A DNA stretch of 64,000 nucleotides from IMG/VR virus record IMGVR_UViG_2778261161_000002. One strand, given 5' to 3'. The translations under genes were made by a program, and so were the position numbers. Below are positions 20,461 through 29,524 of the stretch, piece after piece; the stretch's first letter is position 1, and every line of letters starts with the position of its first letter. This stretch comes from a virus. Taxonomy: Duplodnaviria; Heunggongvirae; Uroviricota; Caudoviricetes. The notes under the pieces are model-generated. The model saw only the letters and a program-made list of their open reading frames with translations, searched no databases and was not told where the DNA came from.

Positions 20461-20756
20461 GCAAAAAATATCATGTGAGTCTGGCGTTCGCTGACGATGC
20501 GGGGAGGACGCGGAGTATCACGTTGAGCACGCCGGTTAAGGCTGTGACAGCGCCGTTAATCCGTGAAGCTCTCAGAGAGCTGGAATTGGGGGAAAACTCG
20601 GCACTGTTGTCGGTTAGTTGGTTAGGGAAAATGTCAGAGAAACAATACGTGGATGGAGTTACCCCAATAACAGTAATGAGGCTACTTTCATTGCTGCAAT
20701 GGGCCATCGTACCTGTATTTATCGCGTATCTTATTTATCAGGCTGCAACACAGTAA
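20442..20756 (+). CDS. small C-terminally membrane-anchored protein
   Basis: about 100 aa, C-terminal hydrophobic helix LSLLQWAIVPVFIAYLIY; overlaps upstream gene; start uncertain. Confidence 0.35.
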   Translation: MGVCALSKKYHVSLAFADDAGRTRSITLSTPVKAVTAPLIREALRELELGENSALLSVSWLGKMSEKQYVDGVTPITVMRLLSLLQWAIVPVFIAYLIYQAATQ

Positions 20757-20763
20757 TTGCATA

Positions 20764-20790
20764 AAAACCCGCCAATTAGCGGGTTTTTTG
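20764..20790 (+). terminator. rho-independent terminator
   Basis: AAAACCCGC-CAATTA-GCGGGTTTTTTG. Confidence 0.75.
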
Positions 20791-20831
20791 TTTATTGCAT
20801 CTTCCGATACCGTCATCAAACTAATAAAATA

Positions 20832-20852
20832 TGTTAGAAAACTAATTTAACA
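20832..20852. promoter_or_regulatory. TGTTAGAAAACTAATTTAACA palindromic motif (operator-like site D)
   Basis: motif family member 18 nt before the ATG at 20870. Confidence 0.4.
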
Positions 20853-20869
20853 AAGTGACGGGAACAGCA

Positions 20870-21982
20870 ATGAGTCAACACACTGATACTTCTAATCTGG
20901 AAATTATCTCGACAGCAATTGAAACGCTGCGCACACAAATCGCTCTTATACAGAAACGGAATCCGGGTGATGACCTGTCAAAGCGACTGCACGAGAGTGT
21001 CATTGCCACTACAGATAACCTGGTGGCGGAAATCAACAAGCTGCTTGATGATGGGGCAGTTGATTACAATAAGCTGGTGGATCAGTTTGAGGAATACCAA
21101 CAAGCTGTTAATGATGGCTTGATCCGTTTTTCACAAGTCACAGGCGTATCAGCGACAGTTGAAAGCCTGGGTGATGCAGTTAATCAATTTGCCGCGAATA
21201 TGCGTAATGAGATCGGCAATCTGGAAGCGCGTCTTGAACAGGCAAATACACTGCGTAAATCTGCCGAAGCCGATTTGAACCGTTACAAAAAAGACTATCC
21301 GCCCAGCCTGACAAAGCGGCTGGATGTTGCGGAGAAGGATAACCGCGCGCTGAAAAGAGAGCGCCGGGAACTAAAAGAGCGTTTAACCAAGCTCAATCAG
21401 CAATGCATTGATTATCAAGGCGAAGGCGTCACACTGCGTAAAAAGTTAGCTACAGCGCAGAGCATTATCGAAACATTAAAGCGAGAGTGCTCACAGCTTG
21501 GTCACGATCTGAACCGTGCTTGTGGCATGGGACAAAGACCAGAGACATTTCCACTCATGTATGATGGGCGGGATGCCATTGCCTACATCCATGAGTATCC
21601 GCACGGCCTGGTTGCGGAAACTGGGCAGCGTGGCGAAGCACTGCTGACGGCTAATTACCATCAACAAATCAGAACCAATCGCCTGTTAACGATGGATGTG
21701 ATCCCATCGGTATGGGGAACGCCGCTTTACTATCGCCTGCCGGGCTTCGAAAAGGACTGGAATACCGACATAGACGAATGTCTCGCAGATAAAATTATGG
21801 CGTACCTGGAGACGGATTTTCCGCGCTTATATCGCCGGATTATGGACTCTAAGGATGCGCCAATCGATGAATTAAAAATGCGTCCGGAGACGCTGGAGGC
21901 AATCAAGCAGACGGAGTTTGATACTGTATTCAGTGTGGCCTGCATTCCAAGCTGTTTCCATGAAAGCATCCCGTTCATGTAA
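20870..21982 (+). CDS. hypothetical coiled-coil protein
   Basis: 370 aa; long N-terminal coiled coil, Cys/His-containing C-terminus. Confidence 0.5.
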   Translation: MSQHTDTSNLEIISTAIETLRTQIALIQKRNPGDDLSKRLHESVIATTDNLVAEINKLLDDGAVDYNKLVDQFEEYQQAVNDGLIRFSQVTGVSATVESLGDAVNQFAANMRNEIGNLEARLEQANTLRKSAEADLNRYKKDYPPSLTKRLDVAEKDNRALKRERRELKERLTKLNQQCIDYQGEGVTLRKKLATAQSIIETLKRECSQLGHDLNRACGMGQRPETFPLMYDGRDAIAYIHEYPHGLVAETGQRGEALLTANYHQQIRTNRLLTMDVIPSVWGTPLYYRLPGFEKDWNTDIDECLADKIMAYLETDFPRLYRRIMDSKDAPIDELKMRPETLEAIKQTEFDTVFSVACIPSCFHESIPFM

Positions 21983-22078
21983 GGAGATCGTCGTCAGGAA
22001 ATCATTGACGCTTGCCGGGTATGGGCGAACGAATGGGATAAGAAGAATGGGGGGGTAGAAGATCTTTATGGGAAATAA

Positions 22079-22250
22079 TGTGTTAGAAATCTAAAATCAC
22101 AATTCGAATGTATTGATTGTGAAGATAACTTAACATAGAATTTTCCTTGCTGGTGGGCGGTACCCACGTTTCGCTTGCTGGGCTTGATAGTCACTTATTG
22201 GTTATTGTTCTCCCACCAGCATTTAACAAATTAAAGTGTTAGAAAAATAT
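22079..22250. promoter_or_regulatory. cluster of TGTTAGAAA-type motifs (sites E/F)
   Basis: TGTTAGAAATCTAAAATCACA at 22081 and TGTTAGAAAAA at 22238, plus TTAACATAGAA half-site. Confidence 0.35.
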
Positions 22251-23312
22251 GGTAATACAAGAGCACGCTTTGGCACCGTGCAGGCCAAAGTTCAGCAGGT
22301 TTAGTGCGGAAAGTGGTTTCAGAGAGAGCACTTTGCGGAGTAAACGACAATACATGTTGAGCCACGGAAGGTCTTTTTAAGGTGTTCATTGATGATGGTC
22401 CGGCAGAGAGTAACGGTACATGCTGTATCTAATCATCAATGCACATCTTCAACATTAAGGAGGCATAGGGATTTTTGTGGCGGTTACCTTTTGCCCTGAG
22501 TCTCCTTAATGTTGCGGTAATGCACCTATGCGGATGTGGCCTTGCATTGTGTCTTGAAAGAATGGGGTAAGGCCGGGGATATCCCCAGGGGGAGGCACCC
22601 CCGCTGCAACGAACAGCCACAGACGGCAGTCGAGTGATGGAAACGTGTAAAGACTTTAAACCTCGTTACGGCTGGCGTGGCAAACGCGACAACCGAGACA
22701 GAGCGGTGACGGGCGGAGAGAGTGCCGCATCAAGAAAGAAGCCGACTTGTGATCCCTTTCTGCGGGCATTTGAAAGTGAATCCAGCTCAGGCAGTCGGCT
22801 TCTTTCTTGTGTGAGATGTAGCGTATTTGCCCATCTTCGGGTGGGCTTTTTTAGGGTTTTCGTCATGGTTAGCGACTTTGCGGCGGTTTAGAAACCGACC
22901 ATTAAAGTAAATGCAAACGATGATCTGATGATGGTAGCGGCCTAAGAAGCCTGACGCCACGGGGTATGAGTCGTCCCCCGTCAAAAAATCGACCGCAGAG
23001 TGTCCCCGTCTGTGTATTAGGGAACGGGGAGGCATAACAGGCAAGGGCGCTGGTGTGATTAACCAGATGAATGAGAAGGGTCAGGTCTTTCTGGTCAGCG
23101 CCCTTACCTGTTACGTCCCTCCAGCGTAACAGCCATTGCTTGATGGCACCCTGGGAGAATTTCTTGTAACGGGTAAATCCCGTCATGCTGAAGGCGCTAA
23201 TCACGCTGGAAGCCAGGGTTATGCATCCCCTGTTACCGAATTGCAGCCAGGGCGCGATGCGCCGAAAAGCATACGGAGGTGGAAGCCCTCGCCGGAGACG
23301 TACCCGGCAAGT

Positions 23313-23389
23313 GATGGTGTAGCTCAGTAGGATAGAGCAGCAGCCTTCTAAGCTGTCGGTCGGTGGTTCGAATCCATCCACCATCGCCA
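23313..23389 (+). tRNA. tRNA-Arg (anticodon UCU)
   Basis: hand-folded cloverleaf: 7-bp acceptor GATGGTG/CACCATC, anticodon loop CTTCTAA, T-loop TTCGAAT, encoded CCA; resembles E. coli argU. Confidence 0.85.
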
Positions 23390-23391
23390 AT

Positions 23392-23464
23392 GCCGGTTTA
23401 GCTCAGTTGGTAGAGCGCCTGCCTTGTAAGCAGGATGTCAGCGGTTCGAGTCCGTTAACCGGCA
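23392..23464 (+). tRNA. tRNA-Thr (anticodon UGU)
   Basis: acceptor GCCGGTT/AACCGGC, anticodon loop CTTGTAA, T-loop TTCGAGT. Confidence 0.85.
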
Positions 23465-23476
23465 CCGACACAACAG

Positions 23477-23550
23477 GTAAGGGTATTTTGCGACGTCGGA
23501 GATCGCCGTGCTTGGCAGAGGGTTCGAATCCCTACGAAGTACCCTTACCG
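23477..23550 (+). other. tRNA-like remnant (non-canonical)
   Basis: GGTTCGAATCC T-loop motif inside a 10-bp stem GGTAAGGGTA/TACCCTTACC; no canonical cloverleaf. Confidence 0.3.
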
Positions 23551-23921
23551 TTGTGATGAAGTGCAGCTCTTTGAAGCAACCAGAAGATAAGCATCTGGCT
23601 TCACAACATAAACCGCATGAACGACCAATAAACGGTAGTCCGTATGGAGAACACCCCGTTGAGGAAGAGGCCTGGCCGGAACCGTAACCGGCACTACAAC
23701 GTTGAGAACACTGGCGTAACGGGGTCATATCCCAATCTATGAATAAATGTTGCGTTGCAGCGTGACAACCAGTGTTCTCAACATTGTGGTGAATGCGCAG
23801 GCTGATGCGCGAAAGACATTGCAGCTATTGCGGAAAAGAGCTGTTCGGCGGGGCAATTAAACGCCCGTGAGAGTCTGAAATAACCGCAAGCCGGAGATCA
23901 GCACCGGTCGCCACAATCAGC

Positions 23922-24008
23922 GGAGAGTAGGGGGCATGGTGCTCAAGCGGTCTTGAAAACCGTCCCATTGCGCAAGCGATGATGGTTCGATTCCATTACT
24001 CTCCGCCA
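23922..24008 (+). tRNA. tRNA-Ser (anticodon UGA), type II with long variable arm
   Basis: acceptor GGAGAGT/ACTCTCC, anticodon arm GGTCTTGAAAACC as in E. coli serT, T-loop TTCGATT, CCA encoded; D-arm atypical. Confidence 0.55.
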
Positions 24009-24168
24009 TCGCAACGTTAAGAGTATTTGGCTAATTAAGCGAATGCCGGAAGCAGAACCGGATCATCAAATGCGTACAGGCGTCATCGCCGCCCAGCCAG
24101 CCAAGTGCTCTTACCATTGCGGTGAATGCGGCTAAGCGCACGCGGAACAGTTAAAACAATCCTCCTTA

Positions 24169-24492
24169 GTGGTTAAGTCAAACATCCCGGCGTTAATTGT
24201 TAACTGGTTAACGTCACCTGGAGGCACCAGGCACCGCAATCTAATAAAGTTTCAAGCAATGGGGTTTTTGTTGTCAGACTTCAGATATAGATGGTTGTGG
24301 AAGGAGAGCCTGTACATAGTGCAGTTATTTCTTCCGCTATTTGTCTGCTTTGTCATGCTTCCTGAGCTGAAATACGCAATTTCAGACACTTTAAGCACTA
24401 TCGTTACTTTTGTGTTTTATCTTTACTTTGATTACTTATTGAGCACTAAAATCAATGAATTATCCGAGGAAATGCAAGGTGGCTGTAAGTGA
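24169..24492 (+). CDS. small hydrophobic protein in tRNA island (start uncertain, possibly 24259)
   Basis: AT-rich ORF with two hydrophobic helices. Confidence 0.3.
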   Translation: MVKSNIPALIVNWLTSPGGTRHRNLIKFQAMGFLLSDFRYRWLWKESLYIVQLFLPLFVCFVMLPELKYAISDTLSTIVTFVFYLYFDYLLSTKINELSEEMQGGCK

Positions 24493-24620
24493 TGGATTTT
24501 TGGGCGTTTGCCGATAAGAACCCTGGTTGGACATTTTTATTTTTGCTGGTGGTTGCATATGGGGTCGAGCAAGCGGCTAAAGCCTTACGCGGTTCTGGCA
24601 AAAAGCGTAAGCGGAATTAA
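24492..24620 (+). CDS. 42-aa membrane peptide with basic tail
   Basis: MDFWAFADKNPGWTFLFLLVVAYGVEQAAKALRGSGKKRKRN; TGATG overlap with upstream ORF; ends 10 nt before tRNA-Ile. Confidence 0.3.
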   Translation: MDFWAFADKNPGWTFLFLLVVAYGVEQAAKALRGSGKKRKRN

Positions 24621-24629
24621 CAGTAATCT

Positions 24630-24705
24630 GGCCCTTTAGCTCAGTGGTTAGAGCAGGCGACTCATAATCGCACGGTCACCGGTTCAAATCCGGTAGGGGC
24701 CACCA
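24630..24705 (+). tRNA. tRNA-Ile2 (anticodon CAU, ileX-like)
   Basis: near-identical to E. coli ileX over the D and anticodon arms; encoded CCA. Confidence 0.8.
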
Positions 24706-24759
24706 TATTTGGTTGTAACACGGCGTATGGCACATGCGTCGTTAGCGGTCTGGTGTAGC

Positions 24760-24779
24760 TGTTAGGTACCTTACTAACA
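24760..24779. promoter_or_regulatory. TGTTAGG...CTAACA palindromic motif (operator-like site G)
   Basis: TGTTAGGTACCTTACTAACA upstream of 25160 gene. Confidence 0.35.
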
Positions 24780-25159
24780 CTGCATGGGCACATCAGGTAG
24801 CCGGAATGTGCAAGTCACCGCTGGAGGGATAGCGGACTCAGGGACTCACCATCCTGGCGATTCGGTGTGACAGCCGGAATAGCACGGCGCACAACAGGAA
24901 AAGGCGTTTAATTAACGCGAGCGCCGTTTCCGTTGTGGTAATTGCGGCTATGCGCTCGTGACGAAGCCATTTTCATTCACTACGTTCTGATAAGTGACGT
25001 CGCCGGGAGTGGCTAACCTGGCAGGTGGAGGCACCACCGCCACAACTCCTCTCAATTCATCATATAGCCGCTCAGGCTGTACCTCTTAATTAATACGAAG
25101 TTACGACATCACTACCGGTACTTCCGGGGGATAGTCGCGCGTGTAAAAAAGGAGACGTT

Positions 25160-25735
25160 ATGTTAATGGCGAACGATAACGCATATGCAGAAGAAGATCT
25201 CATTTTGAGTGACTTCATAGGGAAGCGGGAACGCTGGACCCAAAAGCGAGAGGAACTTTACGCCTCATTAGTTCGCAAAGGCGTCAATATCGAAACCGCA
25301 CAGAGCGGCGATATGACAGTGGTAAGCGTTGGATTGCACGGTGTAAGCGTGTCAGCAATCAATCATGAGCCATACGTTGCGTTATCCGAGTCAATGGTAA
25401 GGTTAGTTAAGTTCCTGAAGTACACAGAAGCGAATAATGTAATCATTGGCAAAAAGAATATCCCTTTTTCCTCGGCTTTTTACTGGATGATGAAAGGGCT
25501 TGATGCCCGGCGGACATCATGGCCTAAAGGGAGCTATATATCGATGTTCCGTGGCAGCATTGGCAGCAAAGAAAAGCTCTTCGAATTCTTGCCGGAAGAG
25601 GCATTCGATATTGTGGAAGGGTGCGATGTGATGGTGATGCCTCGCCTGGTAATGATGAATGGGGATTTACAGGCGCAGACAGACTGGTTTGCAACTGGTG
25701 TGGATATTATCGCGACTGACTGGGAGGCTTTCTGA
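25160..25735 (+). CDS. protein with C-terminal DUF2829 (Tad2-like) domain
   Basis: 191 aa; C-terminus FSSAFYWMMKGLDARRTSWPKGSYISMF ... DIIATDWEAF parallels the 33382..34083 C-terminus. Confidence 0.5.
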   Translation: MLMANDNAYAEEDLILSDFIGKRERWTQKREELYASLVRKGVNIETAQSGDMTVVSVGLHGVSVSAINHEPYVALSESMVRLVKFLKYTEANNVIIGKKNIPFSSAFYWMMKGLDARRTSWPKGSYISMFRGSIGSKEKLFEFLPEEAFDIVEGCDVMVMPRLVMMNGDLQAQTDWFATGVDIIATDWEAF

Positions 25736-26127
25736 TGTACGGGACTACCAAATTAAGCACTCAACAGGCCACCAATATGGAGTGGTCTATCGCTAACTGT
25801 AAGATCGTGTCATGCAATGTCACGCGTACTGATGTGGGCCATAAAAGCACTATAACAGGCTATCTAGTAATGACCACCAGGGGGATGAGGGTTAGATTTC
25901 GCTGGAAAGCAGAGCAAGTAACGCCATTCAGAGAGCCATCAATGCCGCTGCAGGTTGAGCAGGATTATCTATGTTTACCAGAAATAGATGGAGGAATGCT
26001 GGTGGAGTCTGATGGTAGTAAGGCTGATTTTGAAGCCAATTTGAAGCTGGCACAGGCCGTAATCAATAGTTATCGCGGAAAGTGGATCGCAAAAGTGAAA
26101 CATGTTGTTCGTTTGTCTCGCTGGTAG
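25735..26127 (+). CDS. hypothetical protein
   Basis: 130 aa, ATGA overlap with upstream gene. Confidence 0.45.
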   Translation: MYGTTKLSTQQATNMEWSIANCKIVSCNVTRTDVGHKSTITGYLVMTTRGMRVRFRWKAEQVTPFREPSMPLQVEQDYLCLPEIDGGMLVESDGSKADFEANLKLAQAVINSYRGKWIAKVKHVVRLSRW

Positions 26128-26128
26128 C

Positions 26129-26162
26129 GTTAGATATTTAATATTAATTTTCTAATATAATC
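26129..26162. promoter_or_regulatory. GTTAGATA ... TTTTCTAATATAAT motif (operator-like site H)
   Basis: motif family member about 75 nt upstream of the lpa-like gene. Confidence 0.4.
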
Positions 26163-26235
26163 ATCTTTTTACCAGTCTATACAGTTTTAACATTCTCATT
26201 ATCATCCCCTCGGTCATTTCCTGCCCGGGGGATTA

Positions 26236-26628
26236 ATGGAACAAATCAGCAGCGCAGAAATTGCGGATATCATGATCAGGGCTGACTGCTATCTGACAGT
26301 CACTGAAATTACCACTCTCGCCAAAGAAAAATACCCTCATCTCCATGTTTCACGAGTAAGTGTAACTAACATCATTCGTCATTTTGTTCGTTCAAGCAGG
26401 GCAATCTGTGAGCTGGATGATCGTGTGTATCCACGAAAATACTGGCTACATGGTCTGAACGGATATCAGTTCAAGGTGCGCGGGCGCACGCCTGAATACG
26501 GTAGCTTACTGGTTAAAAACTGTAGCAGGAAATCAGTCGAACAGGCGCGAAAAGAGCAACGAGAGCTGGTGGACATGGCGAATAAGCTGTGGAATGCCGC
26601 CGTTAAAAAGCGTGGTGTTGCTTTATGA
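26236..26628 (+). CDS. lpa: Lpa-like late promoter activator (positional)
   Basis: 130 aa basic protein overlapping the start of pacA, as gene 10/lpa does in P1. Confidence 0.45.
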   Translation: MEQISSAEIADIMIRADCYLTVTEITTLAKEKYPHLHVSRVSVTNIIRHFVRSSRAICELDDRVYPRKYWLHGLNGYQFKVRGRTPEYGSLLVKNCSRKSVEQARKEQRELVDMANKLWNAAVKKRGVAL

Positions 26629-27989
26629 GTCTGGTTAATTGGGAGGAGCACCGCGCCCGCTTTATAGCGTTGCGTGAAGAAAAAGGGATCACTGTAAAGG
26701 AATACTGTGAGGAGCATGGCCTTAGCTTCAATACAGCCAGAAAGCATCTCAATATGAAAAAAAATGAGGTGCGGTCGCAGGTAAAGACAACAAAAAAAAG
26801 CACCAAATCACCTGAAAAAAAACGGGCGGGAAGAGCAACAAAAAAGCTGGAAGAGGGCGCAGAAAAAACAAAATTTACAGAAATTGACAATTCGCAGGGT
26901 GCAGGTTCTTTCCGAAGTATGCCAAGAAAGAAAACTCCGGATCATGAAAGTAATACCAATAATAACAATGAGATAAAAGAATCTGTCAGGAGATCATTGC
27001 GCGAAAAAATGGCGAAAATGATCCCCGAAGAAGATAAAAGCGCCCCAAAAATTGAGGGATCTTCAGCAATGATCCCTGGCGGTGCTGTGCAACGTGCCAC
27101 ATTGCCCACTACGAATGTGGCTCGCGACATGATGAAGAACGGCGCAGAAGAACACCTGCGGTTAGCAATTCAAATGGCGCAAGAGCGCGCACTTCAGTAT
27201 CAAAGCATTGTTGATCAGGAGGCCGAACGTCTACAGGCGGAAATAGACGCCTTGGGCGATAAAGAGCCAGAAGGAATGCACCCTGGGCAGCGCCTTCTCG
27301 GTCTAATCAGTGACGCGGCCTACTACATGAATGATTTTATCAGTAGGTTGGCAGCTATATATCAGTCCGAACAAAAGCTGCGACAGGGGGATGAAAAGCT
27401 TCGTCAGAGCGCTCGCCAGCAAGCATTCAAAGAGGCTGAGGCCAGAGAAAAACTCGAATTAGCACGCCTACAGGCCGAACAGCGTGGCAAAGAGATTGAA
27501 TATCGCATTGGCGCTGACGCACGCGCAGCCAGAGTTATCGCCGCCGCTATACGTATGCGTGAGCGCGAGGAACTGGATGATATCGGTGTTGCTGAATACA
27601 TCGAGCGCCAGGGGGTCAGCGTCCCGGCTATCCTCGCGGCGCGCGCGGCGAAAGCTATCACTCTTCTCGAACCACCTGTTTCTGACGTCAATGATGTTGA
27701 TGATGAACAGCTGGACAAAGAGGCAAGGGAGTTTGCGACGCTTCAGGCTAACCATCCGCAATGGCTGGCAGAGCGCCGGGCGGATGTGGCAACCATTGTT
27801 GAAGAATTGGGGTGCGGAGATTACGACCGCAATGGCGAGCGTAAAGCTGGAGAATTCGAGGCCAACGACGAAGAGCTGGATATTGACCCTTCGGCAACGG
27901 CTGAAATTTACGGTGATTATGATGCATCTGATGCAGGGTATGACGCCGGAGATGATGATATCGCGATAGAACCGCCGGAGGATGATTAA
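26625..27989 (+). CDS. pacA: terminase small subunit-like (PacA-like)
   Basis: 454 aa, N-terminal HTH-like region, charged centre, acidic tail; immediately precedes the large terminase. Confidence 0.55.
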   Translation: MSLVNWEEHRARFIALREEKGITVKEYCEEHGLSFNTARKHLNMKKNEVRSQVKTTKKSTKSPEKKRAGRATKKLEEGAEKTKFTEIDNSQGAGSFRSMPRKKTPDHESNTNNNNEIKESVRRSLREKMAKMIPEEDKSAPKIEGSSAMIPGGAVQRATLPTTNVARDMMKNGAEEHLRLAIQMAQERALQYQSIVDQEAERLQAEIDALGDKEPEGMHPGQRLLGLISDAAYYMNDFISRLAAIYQSEQKLRQGDEKLRQSARQQAFKEAEAREKLELARLQAEQRGKEIEYRIGADARAARVIAAAIRMREREELDDIGVAEYIERQGVSVPAILAARAAKAITLLEPPVSDVNDVDDEQLDKEAREFATLQANHPQWLAERRADVATIVEELGCGDYDRNGERKAGEFEANDEELDIDPSATAEIYGDYDASDAGYDAGDDDIAIEPPEDD

Positions 27990-29497
27990 TGGCTGGAGGG
28001 CGCAAGATTAAATGCGTCACCAGCGATCCACGCTGGCGCGATATGGTAATCAAATACCGCTACAACTTTACCCAGGCTGTTGTCGATATTTTTGGGATGT
28101 TCCCCTCCCACCAGCAGCAGCAGATCATTCAGTCCGTGCAGGAAACGGGGAGTAGGACGACCGTCACGTCCGGACACGGAACGGGGAAGTCGTCCCTTAC
28201 CGCGATGTTGCTGTTGATTTTCATGATCCTGTTCCCCGATGCCCGTGTCATCATTGTTGCTAACAAGATAGGCCAGGTAAAAACAGGCGTATTCAAATAC
28301 GTTAAACAGTATTGGGCGAATGCAGTTAAGCGTCATGGGTGGTTGCAGACCTATTTTGTCCTCTCTGACACCATGTTTTATGAGCGCTCCCGTAAGGGGA
28401 TTTGGGAAGTTCTCTGCAAAGGTTATCGACTCGGCAACGAAGAAGCGCTGGCGGGGGAACACGCGGCACATTTGCTTCTAATTCTGGATGAAGCATCTGG
28501 TATATCTGATAAGGCGATCGGCGTAATGACCGGTGCTCTTACTGAAGAAGATAACCGGATGTTGATGCTATCCCAGCCAACAAGGCCAAGTGGTTATTTT
28601 TACGATTCGCACCATTCTCAAGCAAAAACCCCAGACAACCCGAAAGGGATCTGGACAGCAATTGTTCTTAACTCGGAAGAATCACCGTTCGTCACACCAC
28701 AATTCATCAAGCAGAAGCTTCTGGAATATGGGGGGCGCGATTCTATTGAGTACATGGTCAAGGTGCTTGGTCAGTTCCCACGAGAAATTAACGGCTATTT
28801 GCTTGGTCGTGATGAATGCGATCGCGCTGCTCGCCGCAAGGTGCTGTTGGAGAAAAACTGGGGATGGGTGGCAACGGCTGACGTTGGTAATGGGCGAGAT
28901 AAGTCGGTCCTCAACATCTGCAAGGTATCTGGTCACAGGGATAAGCGGCGCGTTGTTAACTTTAAGGTAATGGAGATGCCTGGCACTATGGACCCATTGG
29001 CCTTTGCTGACTTCATATATAACGAATGTACGCCGGAAAAATACCCGAATATAACAATCGCGGTTGATGCTGATGGTTTTGGTTCTGATACGTGTGCGCA
29101 GTTGGTGCGTCGTGGTGCGAACCCGGTACGTATTCGGTGGGGAAAACCCATGTTTGCGAACAAAGACAGGGAGCGATTTGTTAATCAGCGTGCCTACGCA
29201 AATATTATGGCGCGAGATGCCATAAAGTCAGGGCGTATGCGGATAGACAGTGACCCTAAAACGGCAGAGCAAGCGTCAAAAATCCCCTTTTTACTGAATG
29301 AAGAAGGGAAAATGGCGATGATGCGCAAAGAGCACATGCGGCAAAAGCTAAACATCAAATCGCCTGACCGATGGGATACCTACTGCTTCACTATGCTGGT
29401 GGACTATGTGCCTGCTAATGAAGATATTGGTGCCGAAATGGCAACTTTCCGAGATCAGGTTCTGGCGGATATCGAAATGCCGGATCTGGATATATAA
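27989..29497 (+). CDS. pacB: terminase large subunit (PacB-like)
   Basis: 502 aa; Walker A SGHGTGKS, Walker B LLLILDEASG, C-terminal nuclease-like region with VDADGFG. Confidence 0.8.
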   Translation: MAGGRKIKCVTSDPRWRDMVIKYRYNFTQAVVDIFGMFPSHQQQQIIQSVQETGSRTTVTSGHGTGKSSLTAMLLLIFMILFPDARVIIVANKIGQVKTGVFKYVKQYWANAVKRHGWLQTYFVLSDTMFYERSRKGIWEVLCKGYRLGNEEALAGEHAAHLLLILDEASGISDKAIGVMTGALTEEDNRMLMLSQPTRPSGYFYDSHHSQAKTPDNPKGIWTAIVLNSEESPFVTPQFIKQKLLEYGGRDSIEYMVKVLGQFPREINGYLLGRDECDRAARRKVLLEKNWGWVATADVGNGRDKSVLNICKVSGHRDKRRVVNFKVMEMPGTMDPLAFADFIYNECTPEKYPNITIAVDADGFGSDTCAQLVRRGANPVRIRWGKPMFANKDRERFVNQRAYANIMARDAIKSGRMRIDSDPKTAEQASKIPFLLNEEGKMAMMRKEHMRQKLNIKSPDRWDTYCFTMLVDYVPANEDIGAEMATFRDQVLADIEMPDLDI

Positions 29498-29524
29498 AGC
29501 CCCGCGATGCGGGGCCGGTTGTGA

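Noticed and set aside
22902-23390. 162-aa minus-strand ORF
   Set aside because: Overlaps tRNA-Arg and the hairpin-rich non-coding region; more likely a chance ORF in structured DNA.
23477-23550. Fifth canonical tRNA
   Set aside because: T-loop motif present but no acceptable acceptor/T-stem geometry; kept only as a tRNA-like remnant.
27404-27969. ORFs overlapping pacA in other frames
   Set aside because: pacA frame is continuous and translationally coupled to lpa and pacB; overlapping frames are Arg/Ala-rich artefacts.
26625-27989. P1-type pac site (clustered hexamers containing GATC) inside pacA
   Set aside because: Only isolated GATC sites and one GGGATC...GATCCC inverted pair near 27055-27075 were seen; no convincing hexamer array, so no pac site is called.
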